Assembly: GCA_026936335.1 (NCBI GenBank)
Contig: JAPMXV010000058.1
Span: 62,001 to 126,000, forward strand
Source of the DNA: Mantamonas sphyraenae STR306
Taxonomy: Eukaryota > Protista > CRuMs
Direction of reading: 5' to 3'
Length of the DNA stretch: 64,000 nt
Positions 1 to 12,027 of this stretch are shown piece after piece. The stretch's first letter is position 1. Each line of letters starts with the position of its first letter. A model generated the notes under the pieces. The model made no database searches. It saw only the letters and a list, made by a program, of their open reading frames with translations, and had not been told where the DNA came from. The position numbers and the translations under genes were made by a program.

Positions 1-1137
1 CGTGCGGTGTGCAAACGCAACGGCAAGTGTGTGGAAATGCTGCTGCGGCTGGGACAGGCGAATGTCAATCTCAAGGACCACGCAGGAGTGACGCCTCTGC
101 ACGAGGCCTCGCGCCTCGGATACACGGAAATCCTCACCCTGCTGCTGGAGTACAAGGCCGAACTGGACGTCAAGGATCTGGACGGACAGTCGCCTCTGCA
201 TGGGGCAGTGTACTGGAATCAGCTGGAATGTGTGCGTGCGCTGCTGGAAATGGGTGCCAATCCAAACGCACGCGATTCCGAGGGCAACACGCCCATGCAC
301 CTGGCCGCCCTGCGCAACGCAGAACAGTGTGCACAGTACCTTTTCATGCGCGGCGCCAAGCTGCGCAAGAACGGCCACGGTCGCTCGCCCATGGACATGG
401 CCCAGGACTACAAGAACACCTCCATGGTCGAGCTGCTGGAACGCCTGGCCGACAGCAAGGCCCCGGCCTACGTCGACGAAAACATCTTTTCGGGCTTTCT
501 GGAGAAGCGTCGCGGTGGCATGATGAGCTCGGTGAACGTGTGGAAACGCCGCTTCTTTGTTCTGCGTGCAAATCGCCTGTTCTACTTTGAACACGAGACA
601 GAGAGCGAGCATCGGGCCGTCATGTTCCTGAACGACCTGTATGTGCGTGAGGACGAACTCGGCTCCTGTGCCTTTTCCATCCTCACTCCGTGGAAGCAAT
701 GGGATGTCGTGGCGGACAACCTGGACAACAAGAAAGAGTGGATCAAACAGCTGCGCATGGCGTCCGCCTCGCCCGTCTCGTCGGAGGAGGAGTTTGAAGC
801 ACGCCGAGGCACAAACAAATCGCTCTTCAAGAAGGACCACGGCCAGCAAGAAACGCCGTTTGCCGACCTGGACGAGCAGGAGGAGGTTGAACCGCACAGC
901 GCCCAGCAGTACCCGACATTATGGGCCTTTGACGTGGGCAAGTCCCACATGCAGCGAGCATGGGACACAGACACCCAGGGACCGCAGCTTGTCAAGGACT
1001 TTGACGTGTACCGTGAGCAGTCCCTGCAGGCCGCCTTGGATTTCTGCCGCAAGCCCGCCAGCCCGGGCAATGTCAGCGCACAGCTCGACGCCCTCGTCGA
1101 GCAGATGGTGATTGCTGACATTGAGTTGGACGAATAG
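1..1137 (+). CDS. Ankyrin-repeat + PH-domain protein (5'-truncated by the window edge)
   Basis: Ankyrin repeats (GVTPLHEA, GQSPLHGA, GNTPMHLA) followed by a PH domain (FSGFLEKRRG...WKRRFFVL...EWIKQL). The frame is open from base 1 and ends at TAG 1135-1137. Confidence 0.85.
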   Translation, partial: RAVCKRNGKCVEMLLRLGQANVNLKDHAGVTPLHEASRLGYTEILTLLLEYKAELDVKDLDGQSPLHGAVYWNQLECVRALLEMGANPNARDSEGNTPMHLAALRNAEQCAQYLFMRGAKLRKNGHGRSPMDMAQDYKNTSMVELLERLADSKAPAYVDENIFSGFLEKRRGGMMSSVNVWKRRFFVLRANRLFYFEHETESEHRAVMFLNDLYVREDELGSCAFSILTPWKQWDVVADNLDNKKEWIKQLRMASASPVSSEEEFEARRGTNKSLFKKDHGQQETPFADLDEQEEVEPHSAQQYPTLWAFDVGKSHMQRAWDTDTQGPQLVKDFDVYREQSLQAALDFCRKPASPGNVSAQLDALVEQMVIADIELDE

Positions 1138-1209
1138 ATGGCCGAAGTACATTGGATGCATTTGCATGTCTCTCCCTCTCACGCTCGCTTTCTTGTGCAC
1201 GTCGCTCGG

Positions 1210-3765
1210 TCATGTTTTGTTTTGCAGCACCAGCTTCATCTTGCTGGCTTTGCCACTTTTGCCCGCCGCCGGTTTGCGGCCACGTACGGCTGTGGTACGT
1301 CCACGCAGAACAGCAACAGGCTTGCTGGTCGGTTTCAGCGATGTCACAGCCGGACCTGTTTGCTCAGTGCCCTGCTTCGTCTCCTCATCCAAGTTGCCCT
1401 CCTCAACCAATTTCTTCGACGCCGCCACCTCCTCCTCCATCTTTTCCCCTTCCTCTTTCCCCTCCTTGGCCACGTGTCCATTTGTACTTTCCACTTCCAT
1501 CACACTGTCCTCCGTTTCGGTTGGTTCTGCCTTGTTCACAGGCTCCACCTCCACTGATGCCTCTTCGGCTTTCGCTGGTGCCGCCGCGGTGGTCGTCGTT
1601 GCGTCTTCCTCCGACTCCACTGTAACAGGTTCCGCCTTGGCCGTCTCTGTCTCCATGCCTTCCTCTGCTCCACCGTCACCATCGCCACTGCTGCTGCTGC
1701 TGCTGCTGCGTGGCTTCGACAGCAGCGCCTTTGTCAACACGCTGACGTTTGGCCCCTACTCCCTCTTCCTCCACGTCGGCCTTGCTGTCGTCATCTGCTC
1801 CATCCTCGACAGCACTTGCCTCTTCAGTGAGCTCGGCAGCCTTGCGCTTCTTGTTCTTCTTGGCCTTCTTTGGCCGCTTGCCGTCGGGAAAAACACACAG
1901 CGGCAACTTGGCTCGCTTGATGGGCAGGATAAAGAGACCAACATTGAGCGGCTTGGCGTCCCAGTCTGCAAACTGCATAAAGTCCTGGATGGGGCGAGAC
2001 AGGTCGACTCGTGCTGTGTCGCCAGAGTCGTTCTGCCGAGGGATGTTCTTCTTTGCAACGAAATTGACGCCAATGAAGTACAGAGTTTTAAACATGCCCT
2101 GCTCCTCGTTCGAGTCGTCAAAGCCCTTTGGGTACGGGTGTGCCAGTGTCACGTACTCGGTCGACTCGAGATACCGCACAAGGAAACGCAGCTTTGACTC
2201 CACGTAGCCATCCCACACGTGCAGATCTGCCTGTGTGCGTGCCGTCACCTCGACCTGAAAGTAGTTTTTGTACATGGAGAAAAAGTCCAAATCGTCAAAC
2301 AGGTCTGCCCACTTGTGCGTCCCCTGCTCGATCCCCAACAGGATCTCCTTTCCCCGCTTAAACTCGTCCTTCATGATTGCCAGCGTCGAGCGCTGCACGT
2401 TGTACGTCGAGTTTTGCGCAGGATACGCCGGTGTGATGATGGGCATGAGATGTTTGCGGTCACTCGGGTTCTGCAGCGTGTGTGAGTTTCCCTCCAACGC
2501 ACCTCAACCTTTCACTGCCTCTTTGCTACGCACCTGCGGATTCCACACCCTCTGTGTACCATCGCCCGGCTGGATTTCATTCAGCATGACCGGGTTGGGC
2601 CATCGCCAGTTATCCCAGATGAAGAAGAAGCGAGAGATGATCACGTTTGGCGACGCGTTCGGGTACAGCTGGCAGATGCGAGCCGTCAACATAGCCCACG
2701 ACACACCTCCCAGATAGCCCATCACGTTGCTGTACACTCCCCGTCGCTTGGCCCAGACCTTCATCGCACGCAACGCCACGCGGAACGTCTCTTTGTTGGG
2801 CACCAGCCGCAAGATTCGGTCCGTGACGCGACAGCCTGTGCGAGATTGCTCACTGTCAGCCTCGTACACACTACACCGCTGTCTCTTTGCGCATACAAGC
2901 GACTCTGCATGAAACCCACCATTCAACCCCTTGACCGTCTTGTCGTCCAGGTTCTCAAGCAGCTTGTCTGCAGACAAATCCAGATCATCCGGAATGTACG
3001 ACAGGTTCAGACGTGCAAAAACAAGATCAATCTGCACCGTGCAGGTGGATGTTTGTGTGTGTGTGTGTGTGCGTGTGTGTGCGTGCGTATGTGTGTGCGT
3101 GTGTTGTGACATATGCCACGTGTGTGTGTGTGGTGTGTGAGCGTACAACCGCGCACCATCGCGCTCGTTCCTGAGTTCTTCTTTCGCGCCACTCACATCC
3201 ACTCCGTCGTAAATCATCTTGATGATGGGCACAAACGCCTCGGGCACTGCCTGCAGCTTCGACACCTTTGGGTTCTCCTGCAGCCGCGGCGCAAGCATGG
3301 AGAAAAACGCGTCGATGTCCACGTGAGCAGGCGCCACACACAGAGTGTCGATGTCTGCCCCTGGTCCGTGCACGCCCAGACGGTACGAGCCAAAGCTAAA
3401 CACAAGGCCCCCCGCCTTTTCTGCCATGTCCTCGCCCATCCCCTGCCGTGTGCACCGTCTCCTTGTCAGTTGTGTGCCCTCTCGAGCACGTACGCCGCGC
3501 GGAAAATGCGCGCTCGTTTCCAGTGTGACCAGCCCTCCCCCAAGCTCACCTTCTCCACAGTCACGTCATAGATCCACGTGCGCACAATTTGAAACAGCTC
3601 GCCCAGCACCTCCTCACGTTTCACCGACTCCTCCTCGCTCTCAAACAGATTGAACTCGTGCAGCAGCTCCAGTAGCTGTGCGCTCAGTTCCAGATCCCGC
3701 TCGCTCGGCTTTGCCAGTGACAGCGGTTCGAACAAGCGATGATTGCTTGATCCCTTGCTTGACAT
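1210..3765 (-). CDS. PAP1: Canonical nuclear poly(A) polymerase (PAPOLA/Pap1 family); 4 introns; one probable indel near 1710
   Basis: Motifs FGSYRLGVHGPGADIDTLC, GCRVTDRIL, GYLGGVSWAML and HLMPIITPAYP. Inferred GT-AG introns: 3549-3443, 3196-3032, 2919-2836 and 2533-2471. The acidic tail continues in a different frame to 1210; the uncorrected frame stops at 1676. Confidence 0.93.
3053..3139. repeat. Imperfect (TG)n/(CA)n microsatellite in PAP intron 2
   Basis: Runs such as tgtgtgtgtgtgtgtgtgcgtgtgtgtgcgtgcgtatgtgtg. Confidence 0.85.
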
Positions 3766-3798
3766 TTTGGCAATGGACGTGTGTGGACGATGAGAATG

Positions 3799-3837
3799 GT
3801 GTGTGTGGGTGTGTGTGTGTGTGTGTGGGTGGGTGGG
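3799..3837. repeat. (TG)n microsatellite between the MadBub stop and the PAP start
   Basis: gtgtgtgtgggtgtgtgtgtgtgtgtgtgggtgggtggg. Confidence 0.85.
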
Positions 3838-3909
3838 AAGAATTGGAGGAAGCACGAGAAACGTGAGTTTTTCTTCTGCGCCATGAGCGCACCACATTCA
3901 TCCACACAG

Positions 3910-6900
3910 TCATGCACACATCATTCCCATGGCCTTCTGCAGCTTGACTTTCACAGCCATGGGTTTGCGTCCTGCAGCCAGGTACTCTTCCAGCATGAGA
4001 CGCAATTGGTGCTCGTCGCCTCCGTTCAGCGCCTCGCTGAAGAACCGGCTCCACAGCTCGCCGTTCCAGTAGCGCCTGAGCTTGCCCGTAATGTGCCACT
4101 GGCCGTCGGCTTCGTCCTGCTTCACCTCCATGTACTCGCCAAACAACATGGTGTACACCACAGCAGCCACGCCAAACAAATCGACCTCGGCGCCCCACGG
4201 CCCGCCCGCCTGCATGGCTGGGCTGGCAAAATGTTCCGTCTTCATCACACCCGTGAAGCGCGTGCCCTCTGCGTACCGCTGTGTGTCCACGGCCGTGCCA
4301 AAGTCCAGCAAACACAGGCCCTTGCTGTCCCACCCGTCCTGCCAGTTGGGCTTCCACGCAGGCAGCATCTTCTGCGGCTCGTCCAGCAGCATCACATTGT
4401 CTGGTTTGATGTCACAGTGCACCACACCGGCCTCGTGCATCACCTCCACAATGTGCAGCAGCTCGGTCGCGTAGTACATCACCACCTCCTCGTCCATTGC
4501 CTTGCCGTTGGCGCGGTACATGTTGATCAGATCCTGCAGCGAGCCCTGCTTCAGGTGTTGCGTCAGCAGGAATGTCTGTCCGCCGTACACGTACACCTGC
4601 TCCGCGCTCACAAACCGCTTGCCCACCTCCCCCATCTCCATCGCCTCCAGCCTCGCCTGCAACTGCTTCAACACGTAAAATTCCCATGCACCTCCCGTGC
4701 CTCCCTCCTGCACCTTCAGTGCCAACGAGTCCTTTTCCCCAAACGCCTCGTTGTCCTTCACTGCAAACACTGCCGCCTGCCCGCCTGCCCCCAGACCACG
4801 CAGCACCGCATAGCTGCCCAGGCCCAACACCAACTCGGCCCCTCCCTGCTCCTCCAAGCACTCCAGATCGGGCTCCTCCTCCGCTTGCAGGTCCATGTAG
4901 CCGTCGTAGCTTGCCAGCGCTGGCTCCGCCGCTTCCAGCACCTGCTGCATGTGTGCCTCGTCAAACGGGTTCACTGTGCCCGTCTCTGTGCTCCATGCCT
5001 CGCATACGTTCACCACGCCGTACGCGCCGCGCTCGCCCACGCCGCTGCTGCTACCCGCGCCGCTGCCACCGCCCATGCTGCTACTGCCGTCAATCATCGA
5101 CATGTACAGCGACTCGGACAATCCCGGCTGCTGCGTCAGAGTCACGTCGTCATCGACTCCAGTGCCGGTTTCATCGTCCAGGTCGTCATAGATGTCAAAC
5201 CCGGCATCGTTCTCGTCATCGTGACTCAACTCTCCCTGTTCGCGAAATCCCTCCGGTTCCGCCGCACGCAACGCCTCCTCCTCTTCATCCTCCCCATCGT
5301 TGTCCAATGCGCTGTTGGCCATCAGGATGTCGTAGTTGGTCAGCTTGCCCGGCGTCGGCATCGCGCGCAGGTCCGACTCGTCCAGGTTTTCGCTCCTCAG
5401 CAGGTCGCGCACCTTGAACTTGCTGCTGCTCATTGGCACCTCGCTTGCGCCCTCTGCGCTCGACTCTTCACTCGACGACGACAGGCCACGCTCGCGCATC
5501 GGCGTGGGCAGCGCCTTGAGCACGCCCGCTGCCACTGCTGCGTTTTCTACATCCCGCGGCTCCATCTTGCGTCCCAGCATGCGGCGCTTCGGATTCATGT
5601 TTTCCTGGTCGTCCAGTTCTTCGTAGTCGTACCCGTCAGCCGGCGAGTTGTCCATCGGCTCACGCGGAAACGCAGCCGAGGGACCCGCGTTCTCCGCGTT
5701 CTCCGCCTCGTCGCCCTCGTCCGCATAAATGGCAAATCCACCTCCAGAGTTGCTCGACGAATGGCGCTCCATGTTGGGTGCCTCCACTGCCGCCTGCGAC
5801 AGCTCCGCCTCCGACTGCACATCCTCGAAAATGGCAAACCCGCCCGACGACGACGGCGCGCGGGCAACCTGCTGCCTTCCGGCGACTCCCTTCTCTTCTG
5901 TCTCCTCCTCCTCGTCGTGGTACACCTGCAGACCCGCGGAGCCCGTGCGCTGCTTTTCGCCCGCCAGGGGTCCGTTGAACCCCAACAATGCATCAAAATC
6001 CTCGGTCGGCAGCGTGTCTTCCTCCTCCTCCTCCAGGTCACCCATGGTGTTGCCGATGGGCTCGTTGAACATGGCCATCACGTCGGCCAGTGCCGCTTTG
6101 GTGTTCACTGTGGGCGACGGCACGTTGGAAAGACCACCGTGGCCACCGCCGCTCTCATCCTCCAGCGTCAGCGTGGAATTGTCGTCCTCCTCGCCGTCCA
6201 GCAGCTCGCCAGCCTCCTCGTCCACGTCCTTGTACACGCTAAACTCCAGGCGCTTGATCGTGCTCATCATCACCGGGTTTGCCTGGCCGTCCATCGTCGC
6301 CGTCGCGCTGCTGCTCACCGCAGGCAGCGGCGGACGCTGTTCGCTCAGCAGGTCGCTGTGCTCTGTGGCGTAGTATGTGCTGCTGCGTGTGTTTTCCGTG
6401 TCCTCGGCGTCGTCATCGTCGTCGTCGTCGTCTGCGCTGCGTCGGTCCCCGCTGTCCGACAGCGACAACTCGTTGCTCAGCGGCGACACCTCCACCATGT
6501 CTTCCTCTTCCTCATCGTCGTCCTCGTCCGTGTCTTCAAACTCCGTGTCCGCCGTAATGCCCTCGTGCGCCATGCGAGCCTCTTCAAAGCAGTACTCGTT
6601 GTCGCCTTGGCGCACCAGAGCCACGTCAAATCCCCATCGCTCGCCCTTCTTTGCTGCCAGCTCGTAACGCCTCGGCTCCTTGCGACTGAACGCCGTCTTG
6701 TGGATCACCATTTCCTGCTTTACCCCACGCGACGCTGCCGCTCGCTTCCCTGCCATGCGCAGCGATCGCGCCACTGTTCCCGCCGCCGCCATGGGCTCCG
6801 GCGCAAATCCCTCGTCCACGTGGATGGCAAACTTGGGTTGTCCCGCACCGGACCCGCCCTTGCTGCCCTTGCTGCCTCCACGTTGCTGCTGCTGCTGCTG

Positions 6901-8092
6901 CTGCTGCTGGCCTTCGTTCCACTGCGACGGCTTGCCTGTGTTTTCCTTGCTGCGTTCATACGCGCTGCCCATCTCTGTCCAGTTGCCCTTCTTCGCCGCC
7001 CCTGCGCTGGGAAATGCCATCGGTGCCGCTGCGCTCACGTTTTCGTCCTCGAAAATGGTGAATCCGGCGCCGCCTGTGCCATTCGTGCCGTTGGGTCCTT
7101 GTGCCTGGCTGCCAAAGCCTTGCTGCTGTTCGTGGCCCACATGGTCATATGCAGCAGACGCTCCCAGTTGCATGAATGCACTGCGTGTCCCTGCCTCGTG
7201 TGTGATGCCCAACCGTGCGCCCTGGTTCCTGTTTTCTGCGTCGTGTTCGTCGTCCTCGTCCTCATCGTCGTCGTCCTCGTCCCGCTCGTTGGCCTCCTGC
7301 GTGCGCCGGCCCATACGTTGCAGGTACGTCTCGTAGTGACTCTTCAGGGTCTTTTCCGGCATTGCCTCCATGTTGAACCCCTCCTCAAACACGTACGACG
7401 CTTCCATGTACTTGCGCTTCGACTCTAGCGCCAGCGCGTAGCCGACAAAGAACAGCGAGCGCTCCAGGCCGATTCGGTTGGCCAGCAGGAACTTGTACAC
7501 ATCTTCCGGATCCTGGCATCGGTTGGCATAGTCAATCCAGATGCGCAAGTATCGGTCGTCGTTTGTGTATCGTGCGTCGTCCTTGAACGTCCGCGTGCAG
7601 CGTTCCAGCAATTTGATCAGCTCCGTGTCTCCTGTGATCTCCGTGCGGTTCAGCCACCGGATGTATCCAATCCACGCGTCCAGCGGATCCTCGTCGTCCA
7701 CTGCCTCCTTAATTCGCTTCTCGTGGTACCTGTGTCCATGTGTGCATCCCAACGCCGCCGTGTCCCCGCGAGCCGTTAGTCCACGGATTTTTTTGGCGCC
7801 ATGTTGACATCTCCCTCGCCAATGACGTCTGCAGTCCTTTCTACGCTGCACAACACAGCACATGCCACGTCAAATCCCCTACCGCATGCATTCTGCCATG
7901 CATGTCCTCTCTCCTACACGCAACTCACTTGCGCTGTTGCTTCTGCTGCTGGGCCATCTGGGCAAAGTTCATCTTTTCCATCGGCTCCGCTGCGGCGGCA
8001 ACTGCCCTCGCGTCTCGTCCTCGCCGACGCGGTTGCACGTTTTCCTTGATGTTTTCAATCTGCGACATGTGCGGCACTGTTTCGCTACTCAT
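3910..8092 (-). CDS. BUB1: MadBub spindle-checkpoint protein (Bub1/BubR1 family, KEN box plus kinase); 1 intron
   Basis: Exon 1 (8092-7929) encodes IENIKENVQPRRRGR (N-terminal KEN box); intron 7928-7730. Then TPR domain (DDEDPLDAW...YTNDDRYLRIW), GLEBS-like EYCFEEAR, CD1-like PSPTVNTKAALADVMAMF, and a kinase domain (HCDIKPDN, DFG). Confidence 0.93.
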
Positions 8093-8182
8093 GGTCGAAC
8101 AAAAAGTTTTGAATTTTCCTGATCGCTCGCGCGCAGCTGCACAGCACCTCCCTGTTTCTTCTCTCCCCTGTGCCGCACCTCC

Positions 8183-11056
8183 TCACAACCCGATTCGCCG
8201 CCCAGTCGTTGCTCGCCGTTTGCTTTCTTTGCGTCCACCTGCCGCGCCTCCGCCAATGCCGCCGATGCGCTGGCGCTTGCTGCTGCCTGTGCCGCCCCAC
8301 AGTTCGCGCGCCGCCGCCTCCTTCTCCTCCTCCTTTTCCCGCATGCGTTCGGCATAGTCTGCGTCCATGTCCTGCTTCTCCGCACGTTCCCGCTTGCGCT
8401 TCTCCCGCCTGCTCTTGTACGACTCCTTGACACTGAAAAACATGGGTCCCAGCTCGGCCAGCCACGTCGCCTCCACGCTCGTCACCGTGCGCATGTACTC
8501 TTTGCTCGTGTACACCAGTTCGTGGTAAACAATGTAGTCGGGAGTGAAGCCCAGGCCGCACAGTGCGCTGCTTTGGTGCAGGAAACACGGCATGCCCGTG
8601 CGCAGGTTTGCATACTCGCCGATTCCCTTCAGTTTGCTCGCCTGGTGAAAGTATGCGCTGCAAATGCACTTGCGAATCACGTCCCAGTCCGTGCCACACG
8701 ACACCACTTCCAGCCGCTGTGCGCGCATGATATCCAGCAGCTGCGACCGGATCTCCCGCACACGTCGCAGCACCTTCACGTGCAGAAAGTGTCGCGTGCA
8801 CCATCCGCCGCTGTACTTGTTTGCCTTCCACTGTTGAAACACATGCAGCAGCGTCAGATGGTCGCTCTCGGGCACAAAGAATTTTTCCCTCGCCGCATCG
8901 CTTTCGTCCGCACGCTCCTGCGGCCTGAAGAACACGGGTGGACACGACAGCATGGCCACAATGGTGAGCACCTCTTCGGAGCAGCCCATGCGCACACTCT
9001 CGATGAGCATCTTGCCCAGCGCAGGGTCCACAGGAAACTCGACCATCTTGCGTCCGAGCTCTGTAAGGTCGCCATTGTTGTCCAGCGCTCCCAAAACCCA
9101 CAGCTGGTACATCGACGTGATGATGTTGTCCTGCGGCGGTGGGTCCATAAAGTCAAACTCCAGCAGGTTGTCCACGCCCAGACTCTTCAGCAGCAGCACC
9201 ACGTTGCCCAGATTCGTGCGCTGGATTTCCGGGATCGTGTTGGCCAGCAACTCGTGCTGGAACGCAGAGTGTGTGTACAACCGCCAGCACGTGCCCGGGC
9301 CCGTGCGTCCCGCGCGTCCTGCTCGCTGTGCCGCATTGGCCTGGCTCACAGGGGTCACCCGCAGTGCGTCCATGCCGATCTTTGGGTTGTACAGCTTCAG
9401 TTTGCAGTACCCGCTGTCAATCACGTACAAGATGCCGTCCACCGTCAGCGAAGTCTCGGCAATGTTGGTGGCCACAATGCACTTGCGGTGTTCGCTCGGC
9501 TCAAAGATACGCGCCTGCAGGTCCGACGGGAGCTGCGAATAGATGGGCAGAATCATCAGTGGCTTGGCATCTTCCTGTTTGTCCAGCCGCTCCTGCAGCG
9601 CAAAGCATGTGCCTTCGATGTCGTCCTGGCCCGTCATGAAAATCAAAATGTCCCCCTTGGGATACTGAAAATGCACCTGCAGCGCCTGCTGCACTGCTGC
9701 GTCCACGTAGTCCTCCTGAGGCGTCTTGCTGAACAGCACGTCGACCCCAAATGTGCGTCCGGGAATGCGAAACACGGGCACCTTGCCGAAAAAGTTGCTA
9801 AACTTTTCCGAGTCCATCGTTGCCGACGTCACAATCAGCTTCAGGTCTCTTCGACTGGCCACCACCTTGCGCAGAATGCCAAACAGCACGTCTGTGTTCA
9901 GCGACCGCTCGTGCGCCTCGTCCATGACGATGGCCGAGTATTGGTCCAGATCCGGCTCCTTCAGCGACTCGCGCAGCAAGATGCCGTCCGTCATGTACTT
10001 GATCATGGTGCGTTCTGATGTGCAATCCTCGAAACGGATGCTGTACCCACTGTGTCTCCCAGTTCGCAGCCCACCTCTTCGCTAACGCGCTTGGCCACGC
10101 TCATAGCCGCCACACGGCGCGGCTGCGTACAGCCCACCTTGCCGTACGTCGTGTACCCATCCTCGTGCAAGTACTGCGTCAGCTGCGTTGTCTTGCCACT
10201 TCCAGTCTCGCCCACAATGATCACCACCTGGTTTTCCCGGATCACCTGCATCAGCTGCTCCCGCACAGAGTATATCGGCAGGAATTCGCGCTGCTCCTGC
10301 AGAGTCTTGCTCTTGGCAAAGTCACTGACTGCTTCTGCCTTCTTCAAGTGCTTTGCGTACTGCGAGTCCGACTTGTAGTCGCCCCGTGCTGCGTTTTCGG
10401 CCTCCGCTGCTGCTTCGTCGCGTCGCTGTTGCTCGATGTGTTCCTGCTCCCCTTCCACACCCAACGCCTTGCCCATCTTGGTGCCTTGCACCTGCCAGAA
10501 CTTGGGTTTGTACTTGAGTTTGTCTGCCTGCTCGCGCTGTTCCTGGATCAGCCGCGACCCCTTGCGTGCAAACACTGCCATGTCCGACGTCGGATCTTTC
10601 ACTGCCTCCACCGCTTCCTGCTGCTTTGTATACACCACACGTCCGTCCAGAAACGGCGGTTTGTGGTCGTGCACCAAAATCTGCACCTTGGTTTCCTCGT
10701 CGTCCGCAAAGTCCTCGTCAAACTCGGTCATGGTCACCACCCCCGATGTCCGCAACCTGTTTTCAATCCAACGTTGGTTGTCTTGGTTGATTTGACTCTG
10801 GCGAGCGCTCATTTTACGGTTCTTCTGGCCTGAGGACGCCGATGAGGAGGAGGAAGACGACGACGTTTCCTGCGCGTCTGCTTCCCGGTCTCCATAGAAC
10901 GGCGCGTACGAGTCGTCCATCGTGCTGCTTTCCTCTGAAGCATACCACATCCTGTCCAGTTGCTGCTGCTCTTCTTCATACCGCGCCTTTTCCGCCTCGG
11001 ACATTGCCTCGGGTGACTTGGGAGCCGAGGAGCTGCTGGCGCTGCTGGATGAAGAT

Positions 11057-11091
<35 letters not shown>

Positions 11092-11976
11092 TGCGTTTGT
11101 GTGCCAGCTGTTGTGTTGATAGCTTGGCGTCATGTAGGGCGTGTCTGCGACAGGGCGACGCACGTTGGAGCGCCGCGAATCACTTGTGTTTCGCCTACTC
11201 GTGCTCTCACCCATCTCTTCCTCGTCATCGTAGCGTGGCCTATGCACGGGTGTGGGTGCATTCCACGACCCGCGCTGTTCTCTGCGTGCCTCCTGCTCCT
11301 GTTCGCTCCACGTAGTTGACAAACTGCTCGGTCGTCGCTCACCCCTGTCCCACATCCGCTCCTCCTCCCAACCACGCCCTCGTGGACGCTGATCACGTGA
11401 CGCATAGCTCTTTCCATGCACCTTGCTCCGTTCTCGCTGCTGAATGCGTCGCAGTGCCTCGTCGTTCACCGAAGGGCCTTGCGAAGGGGTCTCCATGCGC
11501 GCTCCACGCAGCTGCTTGCGCGACCGCCGCGCAAACGAGGCACTGTCCCCACCCTCCCGTGCTGCCTTTTCTTCCCTCTTTGCCTGTGCCAGAGCCTGCA
11601 GCCCCAGCTGCGACCCTCCGCTCGAACGCACTGCGCGACTTCCGCTCGAGATGAGCCCGCCTCGCTCGTTGTCCGCCCCGCCCATCAGTTCCACGGAGCC
11701 CGAAAACCCACGCGGCGCACTCGGGTTGCTCCCACTTGAAGACGACGACGACGACGACGACGATGCACCGCTGTTCAGCACTATGGAGCGCAACTCCTGC
11801 AGAAAGTCGTCTTTGAAAGGGGCGATCTCCACGCAGCGCGCTTTGAAGTCGTCAAACGACCGTGCGTTCTGTGCATACTGGATCACCGATCTGCTCAGAG
11901 CCCGGTTCTCCATTCCCAAGTTGAGTTCCCGTGCCACCAACACCGCCACACGCTCCACCAGGCCGCTATCACTCAT
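8183..11976 (-). CDS. DHX38: Spliceosomal DEAH helicase PRP16/DHX38; one missing G near 10047
   Basis: Motifs [40 protein letters not shown], and PRP16-type [16 protein letters not shown]. Adding one G to GTGGG-TAC restores the conserved [12 protein letters not shown] and joins ORFs 10003..11976 and 8183..10006. Confidence 0.93.
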
Positions 11977-12027
11977 ACTTTCCTGACGGGTTGGGGCGTC
12001 CGGCGCGCGCGCCAGCAGTCCTTTCCC
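11977..12027. promoter_or_regulatory. Putative 51-bp bidirectional promoter between PRP16 and the POT transporter
   Basis: Divergent ATGs at 11976(-) and 12028(+) with a GC-rich core (ggggcgtccggcgcgcgc). Function is inferred from position only. Confidence 0.4.

Noticed and set aside
3781-7428. 1215-aa plus-strand ORF
   Set aside because: Antisense shadow of MadBub. GC-biased codon usage removes stops on the opposite strand, and the product has no domain-like features.
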